Positions 25,051 to 38,680 of a DNA stretch of 64,000 nt are shown here, piece by piece (position 1 is the stretch's first letter; every line of letters begins with the position of its first letter). The DNA is taken from contig RDEW01000042.1 of NCBI GenBank assembly GCA_011109175.1, positions 316,504 to 380,503 of the forward strand, read 5' to 3'. The notes beneath the pieces were generated by a model. The model saw only the letters and a program-made list of their open reading frames with translations, was not told where the DNA came from and did not search any database. The position numbers and the translations under genes were made by a program. This stretch comes from Dicyema japonicum. Lineage: Eukaryota; Animalia; Dicyemida.

Positions 25051-27784
25051 GTGATAAACACTCCTCCTCGTCATTAAAATTAACCCCATAAAGACCTCTT
25101 TCACTTTCCCAATTTTATGATCCCTTCTACAATAGTAATCCGAGTTTATCTCCTTCAGATATTTGTGCACTCATGTTGAAATCGACTTGTTTGTCGAGAC
25201 ATTTCTAGTCACGTATTGTTGTATGATAAAGCGGCCCATGAGACACTAGCTAATAGGGAATAGATCCATTAGATGTTAGATTTCAGTCTTTCACTCTGTC
25301 TCTTTGGTTAATTAAAAATTTAAATCTCGGAAAAATATCATGAAAACCGTACCACTTGCAAAGGACTAAGATCATGGAAATTGAAGGTCTTGTGGACTAA
25401 GGAATATCTCTCAAACTGAATATAACCTTTTGCCTCCTTTGATCTCGGGACGTCAAAATTGATGGTTTATAAGTAGTGAACTATCTGATGCTTTAATTTA
25501 TTTTCGAATCCACAGATTCACGGATAGTACCTGAGAGGATAAAAAATACATAATTTTAGCTATGAATTGTTTTTTTACATAAACTCGCCTTATTTAATCA
25601 TTCAAATTATACAGCCTTTGTCCAATATATTTTGTTTTCTACTCCCCGTTAGCATATAACTTTGTGACATTGAAGTACGACATAAATTATATAGAACGGT
25701 CAAGTTTTATGCTTTTTTTTCTTAGTCTAAGTATTTAAGGCAAAAATATGTTGAATAAAATATTGTATACTGTTCTGGTATGCCAAAACATTTTTCGAAA
25801 AGACAACATTGATATCGAGAAGGCGTTTGACTTGGTCTTCGCGAAGATCCTAACGACATAAATTACCAATAATCTTGAGTCATGATTTATATTCAGAAAA
25901 CAAGTGATTTTAAATTTCCAGAAATAGAAATTGCATAACTACAGATGTGAAACTCCTTCTAAATTACCAATAATCTTGAGTCATGATTTATATTCAGAAA
26001 ACAAGTGATTTTAAATTTCCAGAAATAGAAATTGCATAACTACAGATGTGAAACTCCTTCAAGGGAACATCCATTAATGTGGGAGTAGCAAATGATCCAT
26101 TTTAATGGGATCCAAGTGTTTTTTGCGACAGTTATAGTGCATGATGCCACACAAAATAATAAAGAGAAGAAATAAAAAAATGAAACCTTCTAACGAGTAG
26201 CCAGTTAACGCAATCTCGGTCATTAGCCTCCACAGGGGATCTCTCCAAATATAAAACTGATCTAATCCATTGGTAGGTTCCGAAAGTACAACAGCCACGC
26301 CTCTGCCAATTTTGAGATGGTCTGTAATTATATTGACGAAATGTCTCTGTGCTTCATGGTAGATAAAAACATGAGCGTAGTGAGGTGGTAAACCTAGAAG
26401 ACATCGATAGTAGACAATGAAAAAAAATGTTTGATTCACAAATTATATGGGGGATCATCTGTGTGAAGCTACATATATAGGAATCTATGAATTTTGCTAG
26501 TAGTACAGTCCGACCTCTTTTTGAAGAAACCCAATCTTGAGAATACCTCTTTTGGAGGAAAATCTCAATTTTGTTAAGATTTTATCATTTTAATAGTAAT
26601 AATGAAATTTTCTTTAGTAATAAACTTGCAAATGGGGAAAATTAGTGTGACAATCCTTAATTTTCAAATTTGTCATAGAAAATTTAGAAAAGGTATGACC
26701 GTAAGTTAATTTTTGCAGCAGGACATTTTTAGCTTCTGGTCCTTTATTTCTTAACAAAGTTTTCTTTGTCAAAGTGGATAACTAAATCGTGACTACAGAC
26801 GGACTTTTGACTTGAATAAAATCTCTTGCTTCTCCAATGGTTTATCCCTCACCGGAAAGCCTGATTTCCCTTTATTTCTTAACAAAATTTTCTTCGTCAA
26901 AGTGGATAACTAAATCGTGACTACAGACGGACTTTTGACTTGAATAAAATCTCTTGCTTCTCCAACGGTTCATCACTTACCGGAAAGCCTGATTTCCGTC
27001 TTCAAATGGGGTTCTGTCTTTAAGTAGCTTAACAACCTGAAAATCCATTCAGTTAAATCCACAAGTGGCATGTATTAACGATGATGTTTTGCGAAATGAG
27101 AAGAGATACAACACTATAATTGAGATCTGCCTAGAGACTTTCCCTATTTTCTTCGAAGACCAAAAAAACATACTCAGTTCAACGAAATGCTTTGTATCTT
27201 TTTTTCAACAAACCAAAAGACCATTCATAACATTCCTGTTCATGACAACACTATAATTGAGATCTGCCTAGAGACTTTCCCTATTTTCTTCGAAGACCAA
27301 AAAAACAGACTCAGTTCAACGAAATGCTTTGTATCTTTTTTTCAACAAACCAAAAGACCATTCATAACATTCCTGTTCATGTATAGAAACACAGATAACT
27401 ATGAAAAAAGATACAGAGATCGAATGTGCACATTCTTAAAAGCTGTTCCCAAAGACAGTTTGCCGGTCGACCATTTGAGGATAATTCCGAAATTGTTAGA
27501 AAATGAGATCACCATTGACTCCCATCCTAATCGGCGGTTTGGGTCTTAAAAAGCGAAACTGTTCACTTACAATATGAAATAGAATTGTACTAGTTAAACT
27601 AATCTCTACCAGTTGCTTTAAGTCTGGGAGTCCATCTCATTAGCATGAGTTAGAGTGATCTTCTTTAGGTTTGTTTTAATGAGTAAGAAATATCTTTAAA
27701 ACTGGTTTGTAGTTTTAATGTAATTAATTTAGAGTAAGATTTTAATAATAAAAAATTAATCAACAAAATAAAAAATAGTAATTT

Positions 27785-29035
27785 AAATTCAATGATGATC
27801 GAACTGCCTTACCTGGTACATTAATAACAATAAAATAATATATGAGGATGGCTCCGACTTATTTGAGATAACAGGAAATGCCAGTCAGGATTGTCCTCAA
27901 CAAGAGGAAACAGTAATATATCAAATTACCTAAAGCATGCAAGCGATGATGTCATAGCAACTTCAATCAACATGAATGAGGCTCTCGACTTTAATGCGGG
28001 AAAATCGGTTCATTTAATCATTACTTTAGACAAAATTGACTTTTCCTCAATAAAGGACAGCTGTCCACAAGTAATAATTTAAATAAAAAAGGACGAAAAA
28101 TTCCGCCTAAAAAATTAAAGTGGCATTACGATCGAATAAAACACGAAATTGATGAACTGTCCCAGATCCTCAAGCAAGTGACTACAAATTATAATTTTAA
28201 GAGCGATAATGACACCACTCCCATTCAATTGTTGAAACAACTCCAAGAGTCCTTTCGAAGCCTATGAGCATCTCCACTAAAGCTCCTTCTGAATTCACTT
28301 CATGCCCTACTGTCAGCCAGTCTCTTGAAAAAGCGGAGGGATCTAAGCGGGAAAATCAAATCAACGCCGCCGAAACTGCCAAAGTAACCAAATGTATTTT
28401 TTGAGGTTTTTCGACTTAGAAAAACGTCTAAATGCTCTGGAAACAGTTTTGGGCGTGAAATCAGATGATTTGGTGATTTTCTTAAAGGAATTTTCCTCAT
28501 GTTAGCCTAATGGCCAAATTCAACTGTAATTCGCTATACCAGTTGGTGTACAAGATAAAAAGTATCGTTGACTTGATCGAGGATGAGAAAGTGGCTGAAT
28601 TTGAGATGAAACTACAAAATTTTGATGACAAAGTAAAGCACGCCATCACAGCAAAGGGTTAATTATTCAAAAATTTAAACTTGATTAGTGTATTTTTGAT
28701 TTTAATAATATATAAAAAATTTATAATTAATCAATATTTGTAGGTTGCTGAATTAACCACGAATCCGCTAAATTTGTCGTTGACAGCTAAACGGTTTTTA
28801 AACCTTAAGGAATTACACAACAAAAGTTTATATCGATTTTTATTTTTTTTCAGTTGGTATGGCAACTGAATTCTCATTTTGAACAGCTGTCTTTTACTGC
28901 ATCGTCTCAGAAATTAGTCATCGAGACTGTTTGAGATTGTTTAATTTTTCTAGTTAAGTGAATCACTAGAGAAGATTGCACAGACTGTTCAAAGCAATCT
29001 GGACTGTTTGCATAATAAACTAAAAAAAAATTTCT
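27785..29035 (+). pseudogene. DCTN2: Dynactin subunit 2 (p50/dynamitin)-like unprocessed pseudogene with tiny introns
   Basis: Collinear pieces: ALPG, DLFEIT, INMNEALDFNAGKS..DKIDFSS, YDRIKHEIDEL, TAK|VFDLEKRLNALETVLG, SLYQLVYKIKSIVDLIEDEKVAEFEMKLQ, KRFLNLKELHNK, IAQTVQSNL (compare DCTN2 DLPG, DVYETS, LDFSD, YQRLLHEVQEL, AKVAELEKRLTELE, QRLVTIKQLHEQ). Several 21-28 nt GT-AG introns and at least five 1-nt frame inconsistencies. Confidence 0.75.
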
Positions 29036-29699
29036 ATAGTTATTTAGTGAGTTTATTTAGTATGCTTATCTTTAAGTTGATATACTTTTGACAAATATTT
29101 TTAAATGAGTGAATACAGATGGTGAAGAGCTCTAATGGAGTAATATAAAATAATAACGCTGATTTATACTTATCTTTTGTAACAGCGAAACAATGGGTCG
29201 TAAGGCCAAATGGATTTTTATCCTACATCCCGTCGGATCTTTGATAGCAAAAGGAGGATTGAAGTCGAGAAGCGTGATGGATGTTTCTGTGCATTTAAAA
29301 CTCTATTCATGGCTTTCTATAAATTAAATGTAGATAGCGGAACCCCTTTATATTGTTTCTCAACATAGCTATAGAAATTAATCGAAAATTCATCGAGGTT
29401 CATGAAGATCGCCCAAAATGAGGAAATTTAACCCTAACGTCGATTCAGAAATTCCGCTGTCGAGAACAACATGGCAGTGAAAGTGTCGACAACAAATGAA
29501 ATAAATTGCATTCCGTCGGGTAAGTTAGTATACTTTTCATTCCAAATTTCGATTTCATGGCGACTGAGCAATATCTAGAGCTGTGGTTCTCAACGCGTCC
29601 CACGGATTTTTTTGCGGCTAGACAAATATACAGTTATTTTTTTGTTTAATGACTGCGACAATTTTTCATTTTTAATGCGTTCATTAAAATACTAATTTA

Positions 29700-31255
29700 T
29701 TTTATTTATTTAACCCAAGACCACGGTAAAACAAAACTAATTATCACGTGATCCCGATGCATTTTAACAATGACCTCATCTTTGCCCGTCGTTCTTCCTT
29801 CGTGCCCGCGCATGAACGTACAGGACGGCTGCCTGAATTTTCAGGGGCAATTTTCCGTGATCTGGAGTCAAGTCTCATAAGGGCCTTCAGAGGCGTAGAT
29901 CCGGCTCGATGATCTTCACCAATCCAACGTTCCGTTACTCTGTAAGCCCTCTTTAGCATTTCCTCAATTTTCCTCATATTTGTCCAAGATATGGACGGAC
30001 TCCACGAGGCGCATGCATATGAGAAACATGGCTCGATGTATTGTTTGTATACGTTCATCAAGACTGGGTGAGTACCACTCTTCCATATTCTTGATAAACT
30101 TTTCAATACGTTCAGTTTCTTCTCGCATTTCAATAGAATGTTTTCTACGTGAGGTGTTAAACAGAGATGCATATCAATTGTTACACCCAAGATCCTTTGA
30201 CATCTGTGAAAAAGGATGCCGACCTCGTTTAACTTCAAAGTGACTGTCTTCTTTCCCAATCTTTTGTCAGAGGTAAATAGTGACGTAGACGACTTCTCTG
30301 CATTCACCACGAGCCGCTTTTCCATTATCCAGGTATTAAGCCTGTCCAGGTTAATTTGTATTCTTTCAGAAGGCCTCTGGATGTCCTGATTTCGCGAAGC
30401 CAACACAATATCATCCGCATAGGATAGTAGAACATCATTCTCAGATTCAAGACTCGGGATATCAGCCAGAAAGAGGTTAAACAGAGCAGGGGATAAAGGA
30501 GATCCTTAAGAGACTCCGTTTGGGAGGAGCCGTGAGATTGATTTCAGACCTCCGAGGCAAACACGTCCCCTTCGTCCACTTAGGAAGTTAATAATCCAAA
30601 GTTTTAGCTTCCCTGGGATCTCCGATTGAAATATATTTCCCGATAGAATATTTCTCGAGACTTAGTCAAAAGCCTTATGTATGTCGATCGAGCAGAGCAC
30701 TGTTTTAAAGTGTGTCGGCATGGTTGTGAATCCGACTCGAATGAATTTAATCAATGTTTGCAAGTATGTAGACGTGGATCTCTCATTNATAATCCAAAGC
30801 TTTAGCTTCCCTGGGATCTCCGATTGAAATATTTTTCTCGATAGAATATTTCTCGAGACTTAGTCAAAAGCCTTATGTATGTCGATCGAGCAGAGCACTG
30901 TTTTAAAGTGTGTCGGCATGGTTGTGAATCCGACTCGAATGAATTTGGTCAATGTTTGCAAGTATGTAGACGTAGATCTCTCATTTTTGAATCCACGTTG
31001 AAAATTCTTTTCTGGTAAAAATTCTTTTATTCTCCCGAGCACAAGCCTTTCCAGAATTTTTGACATTGAACATAGGAGTGACACCGGTCTAAAAGACGCT
31101 GGATCCTCTCTCGATCTTCCTGTTTCAGTAGTGGCCGTATTAGAGCCTGTTTCCATAACAACGGTATCACATTCTGATTAATTGAATGGTTGAATATCGA
31201 CGTTAGAAAAGTGATTCCTCCTTCTCCAAAATTTTTTAATAAGATAACAGGAATG
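29700..31255 (-). mobile_element. APE-type non-LTR retrotransposon, RT to 3' end
   Basis: WKQALIRPLLK, SFRPVSLLC, FQRGFK, DIHKAFD, LSYADDI, RILGVTID, C-terminal GIT*, then a hairpin and AAAT tail. Few stops; ~200-bp duplication around the n at 30788. Confidence 0.93.
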
Positions 31256-32086
31256 NNNNNNNNNNNNNNNNNNNNNNNNNNNNNNNNNNNNNNNNNNNNN
31301 NNNNNNNNNNNNNNNNNNNNNNNNNNNNNNNNNNNNNNNNNNNNNNNNNNNNNNNNNNNNNNNNNNNNNNNNNNNNNNNNNNNNNNNNNNNNNNNNNNNN
31401 NNNNNNNNNNNNNNNNNNNNNNNNNNNNNNNNNNNNNNNNNNNNNNNNNNNNNNNNNNNNNNNNNNNNNNNNNNNNNNNNNNNNNNNNNNNNNNNNNNNN
31501 NNNNNNNNNNNNNNNNNNNNNNNNNNNNNNNNNNNNNNNNNNNNNNNNNNNNNNNNNNNNNNNNNNNNNNNNNNNNNNNNNNNNNNNNNNNNNNNNNNNN
31601 NNNNNNNNNNNNNNNNNNNNNNNNNNNNNNNNNNNNNNNNNNNNNNNNNNNNNNNNNNNNNNNNNNNNNNNNNNNNNNNNNNNNNNNNNNNNNNNNNNNN
31701 NNNNNNNNNNNNNNNNNNNNNNNNNNNNNNNNNNNNNNNNNNNNNNNNNNNNNNNNNNNNNNNNNNNNNNNNNNNNNNNNNNNNNNNNNNNNNNNNNNNN
31801 NNNNNNNNNNNNNNNNNNNNNNNNNNNNNNNNNNNNNNNNNNNNNNNNNNNNNNNNNNNNNNNNNNNNNNNNNNNNNNNNNNNNNNNNNNNNNNNNNNNN
31901 NNNNNNNNNNNNNNNNNNNNNNNNNNNNNNNNNNNNNNNNNNNNNNNNNNNNNNNNNNNNNNNNNNNNNNNNNNNNNNNNNNNNNNNNNNNNNNNNNNNN
32001 NNNNNNNNNNNNNNNNNNNNNNNNNNNNNNNNNNNNNNNNNNNNNNNNNNNNNNNNNNNNNNNNNNNNNNNNNNNNNNNNNNNNNC

Positions 32087-32402
32087 CCGCTGGAGTTTTT
32101 TTGGACATATTCTAAGGATGGGTGGACAAACAACATGCAATGCCGCATTGGGAGAATTTTTCGGCTATACTGTATCTTCTACATTCAGAGGACGTGCAAG
32201 AAGTTGTCTTCCTAGGAACTTAAGGAGGATTATACTGTGTTCGAGGGCCGACTGATGGATGCAGAAGATCTGAACGAAATCAGGAGGCGAGCACAACGTC
32301 GAAAGCGATGGAGAAGGATAACGGAAAGAATAGTCGAAAAACATGGCACAGCGAAACCATAAACAGTGTTTACTGGCAACGCGGATGTGCTTTAACTAAC
32401 TA
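32087..32402 (+). mobile_element. RTE 3' fragment
   Basis: RWSFFGHILRM ... AQRRKRWRRITERI, with a (TAAC)n-like tail. Confidence 0.75.
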
Positions 32403-32699
32403 ATCTGGTGATAAATGGACTTTCAACACAGATCCAAGGACAAAGTCATAATGTGCTTAACTCCTCAATATCCGGAGTCAACAGGGATTCTGAGATCTAA
32501 CCCCCAAAAGTAGTTTCCTTAATATTCCCTCCCTGAAGTAATAGTATTCATTATTTTTAGGACATTTACATGTACAATGCCTGTCATAAAAAAATAGATT
32601 TGAAAAAATTGGGATTTTTATTTGAAAACAATAATTTTTTTAAACTTAAATTATTATTTACACATCGGATTGCCAAAATACCTTATTTATTAATTTAAA

Positions 32700-33975
32700 C
32701 ACACTGTATTTGTATTTAAAGCAAAAAATTGGATGTACTCTCTTCAAGACTTTTTGGCTTAAAGTAATCTCTTACAAGTTTAGATAGATATTTTCGTGCT
32801 ATTACTGCTAAAGAATTCTCTTTAATAGCCAAAATAGTGGAGACTCAGACTATCAAGGATACTTTGAATTAGTTATATGAACTGCTGACTAGTAATTACA
32901 GTATTAATTATAGATTAATATCCGCCAATCTTTTATTACTTCTAAACAAAACATTGACATTATATCACTTTTAGAGGAAAATTTAAGTGTTGGAAGAATA
33001 TAAAGTTATGAAACATAAACAACAAGTTTTAATAAATTGTGATAATTTCATTGTACAATCATAATATAAATCTTCTCGGATCTATTTGTTCTTTTATTCT
33101 ACTAATATTTGATTATCTACTTAATGTATTTTATCATTGACATAATTATTCCACAGACCTGAAGAGTACTATTCCTGGAGTACTAGACTGCATTTTATTT
33201 ACACATTCCACTTCGTTTCGGCAAAACCCAAACTCCTTGAAAACCTTTTTTGGGATATTTTATCATCTTAAAAGTAATAATTATTTTTAGTAAGAAAACA
33301 TCAATTGTGGAAAATTAGAATGAAAATTTATATATTTGTTTTTCAAATGTGAAAGCTTCTTCAATTTTAAATTTATTGAACCAAAAACATCGTCATATCC
33401 AGAATGAAAAAGTTCCACTGGTTTAAGAAACAATTTGATATAAAAGTTTAAAATTGTGGCAAATTTAAAATTTGACATTTTTTCGAGGATTTACTGTATT
33501 TTAATTTTTAAGGAGTCGATGGGATTTCCTTTTGCATTCTGGATTAGGTATTTCTCGAAGAGTAAGGATGAATATAGACTATAGTACTCATTTACAATTT
33601 CAAAAATATTAGGGAATCTTCCCATACACTCTACAAGAATACTATGTGACATGCTGGACTTGTTACCATCACTTTTCAGCACAGTCTTAACAAGCTTATG
33701 AAATATTACGCCAGTATAATCAACAAACCCTTTAAGAAATTGAATGGGCCTTCTTTATGCTCAATAAGTCCGCATAGAAGACAGCCGATTAACATTATCT
33801 CACATTCAGATGTCAGTGAGGATTTGAAAAGGATGAATTCTTTTCTCTCATGTGAGACTGACTTTATCTATGGTATTTTATTAAAACATTTTGGACCTAT
33901 TGCGATTGATGCAACCACAGTGATTTTGTCCTTCTTTTTTCGTCCCCACAACATGGATTGAGAAAGGGTCATTCA
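32700..33975 (+). pseudogene. Decayed unidentified host gene with tiny introns
   Basis: Protein-like frames interrupted by AT-rich GT-AG segments (gtaattacagtattaattatag 22 nt; gtaataattatttttagtaag 21 nt; gtttaagaaacaatttgatataaaag 26 nt). Multiple stops. Confidence 0.35.
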
Positions 33976-33979
33976 ATTT

Positions 33980-34510
33980 CTATCACATAACTTCCTTCAA
34001 CCAATTTATCATTGAAGGCTTTAACACAAATTTCGTCACCTCAAAACAGTCATTTGCTCGATCGATTTACAAAAGGCCTTCAACTCTGACTCAGGGAAAA
34101 TCCTTACTCTGAAATTGTTTGCTCACACCGTCAAACCCAATATAAAACTTTGGCTATTTCGTCACCTCAAAACAGTCATTTGCTCGATCGATTTACAAAA
34201 GGCCTTCGACTCTGACTCAGGGAAAATCCTTACTCTGAAATTGTTTGCTCACACCGTCAAACCCAATATAAAACTTTGGCTTTCTAACCTTATCAATGGA
34301 AAAAGGGCCAGGGTATACTCGAATGGGACCAAATCAGTTTCAAGATTATTACCCAATGGTGTCACACAAAATTCCCTTTTATCATCCGCCTTATTTAACT
34401 TTTACATGTCTGAATTACCACAACCCGATAAAAATGACGATTTCCTCTTATCAGATGCTGATGATCTATTAGTCAGATCCCACGATCAAGATATCTCAAA
34501 TCAGTCGAAT
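33980..34510 (+). mobile_element. Non-LTR RT fragment
   Basis: SIDLQKAFDS, NGVTQNSLLSSALFNFY, DADDL; internal tandem duplication. Confidence 0.85.
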
Positions 34511-35089
34511 TATTTCCGTTAGAGTCTAATGGCATTCCAGTTCCTACAAGTTGAGAGGCAGCAGAGGTGCATTCTTCATCAGAAACCTTCATACTGTATT
34601 TGTGTTCAATTAGCATGGTTTTGAGAGTCAACATTGGGTTCCTCTATACATCTGAAGATTACAGAATTTAACTTTTTTACAATTAATTTTATCAAGCAAT
34701 TATTGAGTTGAGTGGTCTTGAGGGACTAAATATTTATGTGTCCTTGTCAGTATTTCCATATTTAGAGACAAGAAATACTGCTATTGTAGCCAAATGATAT
34801 TTCCTTGATTTAATTGCTCGTAGAATTTCCGACATCGGAAAAAATATAGCCGACTGCCTTATCAGAATTTTATGGAACTAAAAGAGCATCAGTTCACTTT
34901 TGAAAGTGACTGAGGCAAATCCTCTCCTAAAAGTCTTCCTGTTTAAATATAATTTCTCTTAATTTGCATGTTTGAGGGTCGTAAGCAGTTGCTGTATTTG
35001 TCGTTCAGTATCATCAAATTCATAAGGTTCAATATTTAGTCCAATATAATAGTTATATAGGGTGATTCGTTCATTCAAGAAACTAGAAA

Positions 35090-36298
35090 ATTATTTATTC
35101 CAATGGGAAGACAACCGATAAACAGGCAATTCAATTCAAAAGCCAAACATTTAGTCAAAGAAAGAAACTATTTAAAGAATAAAAACATACCTGTCGAAGG
35201 AGGATACAATTTGAATTCATGGACTAAACAAGGAGATTAACAAATATATCAGTAAAACAAACGAGAAATGCTAGACAGAACTATCAAAAGCTTTAACAGA
35301 AAATCCGTCAGTACAGAAGGTCTGAAACAAAATCGAGTCTATCAAAAGGTCTTTTGATGAACCGAAATATCATTACAAGCAATGAAAAACTATATTCCAT
35401 AGTACATTTAAATCACTCCATAGAACACCAAGTACTCTTAAACAGAATAAAACCGAAAGGATCATACATGTGGACCATATTTACGGCGAGGGACGTCCAG
35501 TGGGCAATATCATGTGGACCATTTTTACGGCGAATTGCATAAATATTCACAATATCAATTAATACGAACACTATTCAGGATGTCTGGAAGAGATCATACA
35601 TCAAACCGATCTTGAAGCCAGGAATATACGAAAATGATTTCTCTTCCTAAATACCAATCTCGATCTTATGTTCACTTTCCCGAATACTCGAAATATTAGT
35701 TCTTGAAAATATCAAAGACTACATCCCGCTCTCTCCTTTCCAACATGGATTCCGGGATAAACATTTCACAGCAACATACCTAACGTCCCTGTGCCAGATC
35801 ATTGCCGAGGGATTCAAATTCCACTTGGTCTCTTTTGATATAACAACCTCTGCTTTGTGTAAAATGAGAATTTTAAAAGTGCTCTCAAAAACACTTAGAA
35901 ACTAAACTGGTGACCTTGCCATGATTTATGAACAATTTATTCTAACCACGATGACGTATGCAAGTTTTTCATGGGCAAAACAGATTTCACGATCCTCCTC
36001 ATTGAAACTATCCGCAATCGAGAAGGCCGCAATGAGGATAATTGTACCAGAACACATAATCCAGCCCATTGAAAATCTCTTAATCGAATTATAACGGAAA
36101 CTCTTAAAGAAGGCTAGTTTACAGAGATGCCCTCTGTTCCATACACTATCTAAATATCTACAATCATTCATAAATTTTGAGCTGATACCATGTCCAATGA
36201 CTCGTCCTCTCCTTTGTCGGCCTGGGATCATTTAGTTAGTTGAGAACATTTTATGTCTTTTCTTTGACTCATTGATCTTGGAGGTAATAATAATAATG
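35090..36298 (+). mobile_element. Degenerate APE-type non-LTR element with intact 3' terminus
   Basis: WKRSYIKPILKPG, PISILCSLSRILE, FQHGFR; 3' end GLGSFS/GII*, a hairpin and (AAT)n. Confidence 0.8.
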
Positions 36299-36889
36299 CT
36301 ATTTATATTTCTCTGGACCCTCACCAATTATCGTCGAAATTGAACTTTACAGATTCTTGTTAATTTGGATTAATTTTTTTTAACTAGTACACTAAGACCC
36401 ATTTTTCACATTGTAATGAATTTATTATATTAAGAGACACTCAATTTTATAAAGTAACCGCCATGTTTGAATATTCCCTCTCAGGATGACGAGACTAGCT
36501 CAAATAGCCAGCAGCGCTCACGCAGAATTATTACTATTATTCAAATTGTTACACTTTATGTTTTCCAATAAAATTATAAATTTTTTATTAAAATGCTTAG
36601 TCATCCTCCTACACTCCCGCTCTAACTCAACAAACTACCTCACACTCCTCCAACTGGTTTAGTCGTCCTTCAATAATAGCTTGTGCTCTCACACTCTCAG
36701 AGAACTCATTTCTTCTCCAAAGGAATCCATACTTGATGCCAAGCTTAATTTAGCTTCCAACTTCCCTGAGGCCTAAATTGAACCCCCAACCTCACCTTTC
36801 CCTTTAATTTCTGACAAGTCCGTGACACTAATTGACTCATGTATATCAATCCATATTTGGGGGTGTTTTTATTGGACTTTAATGCCTGA

Positions 36890-37250
36890 TATAACGGTTT
36901 TATCTTTTATAAAAATCTGTACAGTCAAAGCTGGCTGCTTTACAGTCAGATCTATATAAATATGTATTTATTTTTGAGAAGTATGGCATCTCTAAGGAGG
37001 TCCGGCGGAAAATGGAAGAAATTTTATGTGAAGGTTGTTATACATCAATTTGGGTAAACGAGTGCCAATTAAATACAAAAATTTATGAAGTTCGTTCTCT
37101 GAGATGCAAAGGTTTCCCATCAAAATTAACTTATTGTTAATAAAATTGCAAATAGGCATTCTAATAAAGACTTTCTGATAGATGCAACTTGTCTACTTGT
37201 GGTCTGGGATTAATAAAACAGAAATACGAAATTGTTTTTTAAATTTTATT
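36890..37250 (+). pseudogene. Possible RNase P Rpr2/RPP21-like zinc-binding protein remnant
   Basis: About 73 open codons including KEVRRKMEEILCEGCYT, preceded by RFYLL* and followed, after a short GT-AG segment, by TCL/CG with a frameshift. This resembles the RPP21 layout RLNFLYQ...KRTLCRGC...TCLTC. Similarity is weak. Confidence 0.3.
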
Positions 37251-37739
37251 GGAGATTGAACATATGACAGTAGAAAACAACACGATAACAAAGACAGCCC
37301 AATAAATAAGGATATAATTGGAAAATGAAAATTTAGAGACCATTTATGATGATCTGAAGCGAGATATTTAGAGTATGAAATCATGAAAGATGCGGAACCT
37401 GCTTTCACAGTGCACCTTAATGCAGTCAAACAATAAGCTCTTGAAAATGTCTTTAATAATTTTAAGCAGATATTGTCCATTAAATAAAAATGAACAAAAT
37501 ACACGTTTATATATTTATATTTTTTATAGATATAATTTTTCCAGAATTTATATTAAGCTTTTTAGGAAGACCCTCATTTTTTTGTCCTATTTCGTAATCC
37601 TACTGTATTACAAAAAATTTAAAAGATGACTGCACGAAGAACCATACTACCTATAGCTTCGCTCAGACAGTACATACACTTTATTTATGTAAAGAACAGT
37701 GATGATAACTATCCGTAGATGGTGAACAAATGAATGAGT

Positions 37740-37900
37740 TATAGACGATCAAGTTCCGCTCTAAGATGTTCACTGATGATGTCGCCACTCGTCAAGCTAA
37801 AGCAACGTGAATCCGTGGATCCTTCAATCTGAATGTACAGCAGCGAGATTCGAACTTAGAGCCAACAGGCCTCTTACGTGACTTTCATGACGGATACGTT
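37740..37900 (-). mobile_element. tRNA-derived SINE, second copy
   Basis: The reverse complement contains aagaggcctg..agttcgaatc..ttgaaggatccac..gcttgacgagtg..gcggaac..tctataa, collinear with 7882-8060. Confidence 0.72.
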
Positions 37901-38039
37901 CTTTATCGACGATTATGTTGTTGCCTGGTGAGGTGGACTATATTAGCGCAAACATTTGAGTACTATGGAAAAGTATCTACTTTGTTTTGATAAACCTGTT
38001 TTCTCTGGCGATCCTAAAAACGATGTCCCTACCAATATC

Positions 38040-38680
38040 GAGCTGGAGATATCAAAACGAAATCGCCTTCGGTAAAAGTCAAGACAGTGTCTGGTTTATG
38101 TGGATCAAGAATTTCTAAAAAGAAGAATACGAGGTACTCAGAAGACTATAGATTTATTATATAAAGAAGATGTCAATTAAAAAGAAGGACTAAATCAAAA
38201 AGGCTGGACACCAAGAACCCAACATTCTGCAAGTCTTATTAGAAGCTCGTAGATTTTATTTATCTGAGTTGATCTGATTTTAGTGTTATCAACAAAGAGG
38301 ATGTTCCTAATGCTATTCTGCAGCTGTTCGATAGTATTCACTGATTCAAAGCATTTGATATCTCAAGAATCTTTTCTAGAATGAATATTCTAGAAGAGCA
38401 TTTTGGATATGGCGCATTGAGATAATTACTAAAGAAGAGGTCAAACAAACTATTATGGAGTGCCAAGATAAAGCTCTTGGAATAGAAAGGTTACACCTAA
38501 AGCTATTAAGGAAGGTCCGAATTGCCTTTTTGAGGTCCTTTGTTACCTATTTGGAGCAAGTTTCAATTTGGTATATGTGCCTCAAGTTCGATAGGATTCC
38601 ATTAATCGGATGATCCCAGAAACAGGAAAATCGAGGACGGAACCTTTGGGCTATAGACCTACTAGCCTGATAGCATTGAA
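38040..38680 (+). mobile_element. Degenerate non-LTR pre-RT fragment
   Basis: ITKEEVKQTI..KDKALG, RMIPETGK..GYRPTSL. Confidence 0.6.
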
